From: Anaerolineales bacterium
GTDB lineage: Bacteria > Chloroflexota > Anaerolineae > Anaerolineales > DRMV01
Assembly: GCA_027019065.1 (NCBI GenBank)
Contig: JALUXH010000192.1
Coordinates: 1 to 43,164, forward strand
Direction of reading: 5' to 3'
Length of the DNA: 43,164 nucleotides
Shown here in pieces: positions 40,523-43,164 of the stretch. The position numbers and the translations under genes were made by a program. A model generated the notes under the pieces. That model did not search any database and had not been told where the DNA came from. It saw only the letters and a list, made by a program, of their open reading frames with translations. How positions within the stretch are numbered: the first letter of the stretch is position 1; the number at the start of each line of letters is the position of its first letter.

Positions 40523-40939
40523 ATGACGGAGCGCAGAATTCGCGTGCTCATCGCGAAACCCGGCCTCGACGGCCACGACCGCGGCGCTAAAGTTGTTGCC
40601 CGCGCCTTGCGGGATGCCGGGATGGAGGTCATCTACACCGGCCTGCGCCAGACGCCTGAAATGATTGCTGAAGCGGCGTTGCAGGAAGACGTTGACGTTG
40701 TCGGCCTTTCTATTCTTTCTGGCGCTCACATGGCGTTAGTGCCTCGCGTGCTGGAACTGCTGAAACAGAACGGCCAGGAGCATGTCAGGGTGTTTGTGGG
40801 CGGCATTATCCCCGACGAAGACGTGCCGCGCCTGCTGGAGATGGGGGTCTATGCCGTGTACGGCCCCGGCACCCTGACCGACGACATCGTCGGCGATATT
40901 CGCAAGGCCGTGCTGGGTGCGGAAACGGCCGGCGCGTGA
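40523..40939 (+). CDS. Methylmalonyl-CoA mutase-type cobalamin-binding small subunit/domain
   Basis: AGGAG-7nt-ATG start. The [10 protein letters not shown] (DxHxxG) B12-binding motif and [11 protein letters not shown] are present. Confidence 0.88.
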   Translation: MTERRIRVLIAKPGLDGHDRGAKVVARALRDAGMEVIYTGLRQTPEMIAEAALQEDVDVVGLSILSGAHMALVPRVLELLKQNGQEHVRVFVGGIIPDEDVPRLLEMGVYAVYGPGTLTDDIVGDIRKAVLGAETAGA

Positions 40940-41985
40940 GGGAGGGCGTGGTGAGCATTGCAGAAGACGTCCTGGCAGGCCGCCGTTATGCCCTTTCGCG
41001 GGTGCTGACCTGGATAGAAAACGACACAGCGGAAGGACAAGAAGCCTTACGAGCGTTATTCCCTCACACCGGCCGGGCGCATCTTATCGGCGTCACGGGC
41101 GCGCCGGGCACCGGAAAATCTTCCCTGGTCAACCGCATGGCTTATTACTACCGCCATCCGCCGGAAGGCGAACCCCGGCGCGTGGCGGTGGTGGCCGTGG
41201 ACCCTTCCAGCCCCTTTACCGGCGGCGCAATTTTGGGCGACCGCATCCGGATGCGCGATCTGGCGGGGGATAGCGGTGTTTTCATCCGCTCTATGGCTTC
41301 ACGTGGGGCGTTGGGCGGCCTGGCGCGCACCACGGCCGGCGTGGTTCAGGCGCTGGATGCGGCCGGTTTTGACCTTATTTTCATAGAAACGGTCGGCGCA
41401 GGCCAGGCCGAGGTGGATATTGCCCGCCTTGCGCATACCACCCTGGTGGTTGAAGCGCCCGGCCTGGGCGATGATGTGCAGGCTATCAAGGCGGGCATCC
41501 TGGAAATTGCCGATATTCTGGTGGTCAACAAGGCCGACCGCCCGGGCGCAATGGCGACTTTGCGGGCATTGACCGAAATGCTCAAACTGGCGCATCCTTC
41601 CCAGGAAACCATCATGCACCACGGCCAGCGGATGACGGCCGCGGCCGGCGTCCGCAAGGCGGATGCTCCGTTGTGGGTGCCTCCGGTGGTCAAAACTGTG
41701 GCCCTCAATAACGAGGGGATGGATGACCTGGCGGCAGCGATTGCGCGCCATCGTGCTCATTTGGAAGCCACCGGCGAGTGGCAGGTGCGCGATCGGGTGC
41801 GCCTGCAAACCGAACTGGAAAACATGCTGCAAGAGGCGCTGATGCAGCACTGGCGTTCGCGTGTGCCTGAAGGAACCTACCGCCGCATCCTGGAAGCGGT
41901 TTTCACCCGCCGCCTTGCCCCGGCCGATGCGGTGGCGCAATTGCTGGCTGCCGATGCTCCCCGCCCAAAAAACCTGCCGACCTGA
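40936..41985 (+). CDS. meaB: Methylmalonyl-CoA mutase-associated G-protein chaperone (MeaB/ArgK)
   Basis: The GTG start overlaps the upstream stop. Motifs present: P-loop [18 protein letters not shown] and NKAD. Confidence 0.9.
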   Translation: MREGVVSIAEDVLAGRRYALSRVLTWIENDTAEGQEALRALFPHTGRAHLIGVTGAPGTGKSSLVNRMAYYYRHPPEGEPRRVAVVAVDPSSPFTGGAILGDRIRMRDLAGDSGVFIRSMASRGALGGLARTTAGVVQALDAAGFDLIFIETVGAGQAEVDIARLAHTTLVVEAPGLGDDVQAIKAGILEIADILVVNKADRPGAMATLRALTEMLKLAHPSQETIMHHGQRMTAAAGVRKADAPLWVPPVVKTVALNNEGMDDLAAAIARHRAHLEATGEWQVRDRVRLQTELENMLQEALMQHWRSRVPEGTYRRILEAVFTRRLAPADAVAQLLAADAPRPKNLPT

Positions 41986-41995
41986 CTTTTTGCTT

Positions 41996-42031
41996 GTTGC
42001 CTCTCTTTTGGATAGAGAGGCAACTTTTCTT
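41996..42031 (+). terminator. Rho-independent terminator after meaB
   Basis: An 11-bp perfect stem gttgcctctct/agagaggcaac with loop tttggat, followed by ttttctt. Confidence 0.8.
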
Positions 42032-42134
42032 GTGGCCGGTGGGCCCATGGGGCATCTGTCTGTGAGTCTGTTAGGGTATTGGCCGGCTGAACAAGGCGCT
42101 TTCCCTGGCCGCTTTCCTACCTTGTGAGGGCTGT

Positions 42135-43094
42135 ATGTACGGGAATATCAAACTTTTTACCGGAACGTCTTTCCCTGCACTGGCACAGCACGTGGCCGAT
42201 TACCTTCACCTTTCCCTGGAAGGGCTGGATATTGTTGAATTCCCCAACGAAAATCTGTTTGTCAAACTCCATCGCAGCGTACGCGGGCAAGACGTGTACA
42301 TCATTCAAACGACCGCCAGCCCGGTGCACCGCAACCTGATGGAACTGCTTATCATGATCCAGACGGCTCGCCTCGATTCGGCCGGGCGCATCACCGCCGT
42401 GGTGCCTTATCTTTGTTATGCGCGTTCAGACAAAAAAGACCAGCCCCGCGTGCCTATTACGGCGCGGCTGATTACCGACATGCTTGAAGTGGCCGGAGCC
42501 GACCGGTATATTACTTTTGACCTGCACGCCGGGCAAATTCAGGGCTTCTTTTCCATCCCCGGCGATGTGCTCACGGCTTTCCATTTGCTGGTAGATTATC
42601 TGAGCGGCAAGGTGCCTGCCATGCACCGCCCCGTGGTGGTTACGGCCGACCTGGGTTTTGCCAAAAAAGGCCGCAATTACGCCGAGCGGTTACATACGCC
42701 GATGGCCTTCATTGAAAAGCGCCGCACGGGAAACGATGCCCGCGCTGAAGCCCTTACCATTATCGGCGATGTCAAAGACCGCGACGTCATCATCGTGGAC
42801 GACGAAGTGGACACCGGCGGGTCTATGGTGCAGGCGGTGAACCTGACCAAAGCCCACGGGGCACGGGAAGTTTATCTGGTGTTTGTGCATCCGGTGTTTT
42901 CTCATCCGGCGGTAGAGCGCCTGGCGGCGCTGCCCGTAAAAGAAATTATCACGACCGATACTGTGCCCATCCCGCCGGAAAAGCGCGCCAAACTCGGCGA
43001 GCGGCTGACGGTGGTTTCCATTGCGCCGCTTCTCGGCGAAGTTATCCGCCGCGCCCATGAAGGCATGAGCGTGGGGGCGCTTTTCAACGAATAG
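42135..43094 (+). CDS. prs: Ribose-phosphate pyrophosphokinase
   Basis: 319-aa ORF with a GAGGG RBS. It has the PRPP-binding loop VIIVDDEVDTGGS and the typical N-terminal KLFTG...LA motif. Confidence 0.95.
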   Translation: MYGNIKLFTGTSFPALAQHVADYLHLSLEGLDIVEFPNENLFVKLHRSVRGQDVYIIQTTASPVHRNLMELLIMIQTARLDSAGRITAVVPYLCYARSDKKDQPRVPITARLITDMLEVAGADRYITFDLHAGQIQGFFSIPGDVLTAFHLLVDYLSGKVPAMHRPVVVTADLGFAKKGRNYAERLHTPMAFIEKRRTGNDARAEALTIIGDVKDRDVIIVDDEVDTGGSMVQAVNLTKAHGAREVYLVFVHPVFSHPAVERLAALPVKEIITTDTVPIPPEKRAKLGERLTVVSIAPLLGEVIRRAHEGMSVGALFNE

Positions 43095-43097
43095 CCT

Positions 43098-43164
43098 ATG
43101 CCTGAATTGCCGGAAGTGGAGACGATTGCCCGCTTTTTGCGGGAAGGGGGGCGGGGGGAGGCCG
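43098..43164 (+). CDS. mutM: Formamidopyrimidine-DNA glycosylase, 5' fragment (runs off window)
   Basis: It begins MPELPEVETIARFL, the canonical Fpg/Nei N-terminus with catalytic Pro2 and Glu3. Only 22 codons are visible. Confidence 0.7.
   Translation, partial: MPELPEVETIARFLREGGRGEA

Overview
GC-rich bacterial chromosomal segment (mid-60s % GC by eye, not computed). I support about 39 protein-coding genes, one tRNA-Leu(UAG), and no rRNA, CRISPR array, transposase or prophage genes. The backbone is housekeeping: rnhB, tig-clpP, rlmN, radC, a cspA-like gene, rsmD, scpB-rluB, prs and the 5' end of mutM. Envelope and glycosylation genes are interleaved: a GT2 polyprenol-phosphate glycosyltransferase, an L,D-transpeptidase, a UDP-xylose synthase-GtrA operon, two tandem GT-C membrane glycosyltransferases (one fused to an NHL beta-propeller), and a G5 lipoprotein. 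There are also small metabolic or regulatory units: TetR-patatin-esterase, a B12-binding mutase subunit plus MeaB, GH13, and an orphan ChlI-like ATPase. Two things stand out. (1) A minus-strand gene pair (4721-12561) encodes a 1713-aa all-TPR giant. It is followed 44 bp later by an 884-aa protein that joins a TPR-like N-terminus, an Ala/Pro linker and a gingipain/caspase-fold (clan CD) cysteine peptidase domain. That domain has an identifiable His/Cys dyad and no secretion signal. I read this as a candidate intracellular sensor/scaffold-protease system and consider it the best candidate for an undescribed system here. (2) Nearly every long intergenic region is filled with a nested mosaic of short dispersed repeats. 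These include two MITE-like subtypes that share GTAATTAC termini, and two of the copies have perfect 8-bp target-site duplications. Many promoters appear to be extended -10 type (TGnTAnAnT), and two genes look leaderless. The taxon is not determinable from the sequence alone. Gene content is compatible with a filamentous Chloroflexota-like organism, at low confidence. All domain calls come from motif recognition by eye; no database searches were run.
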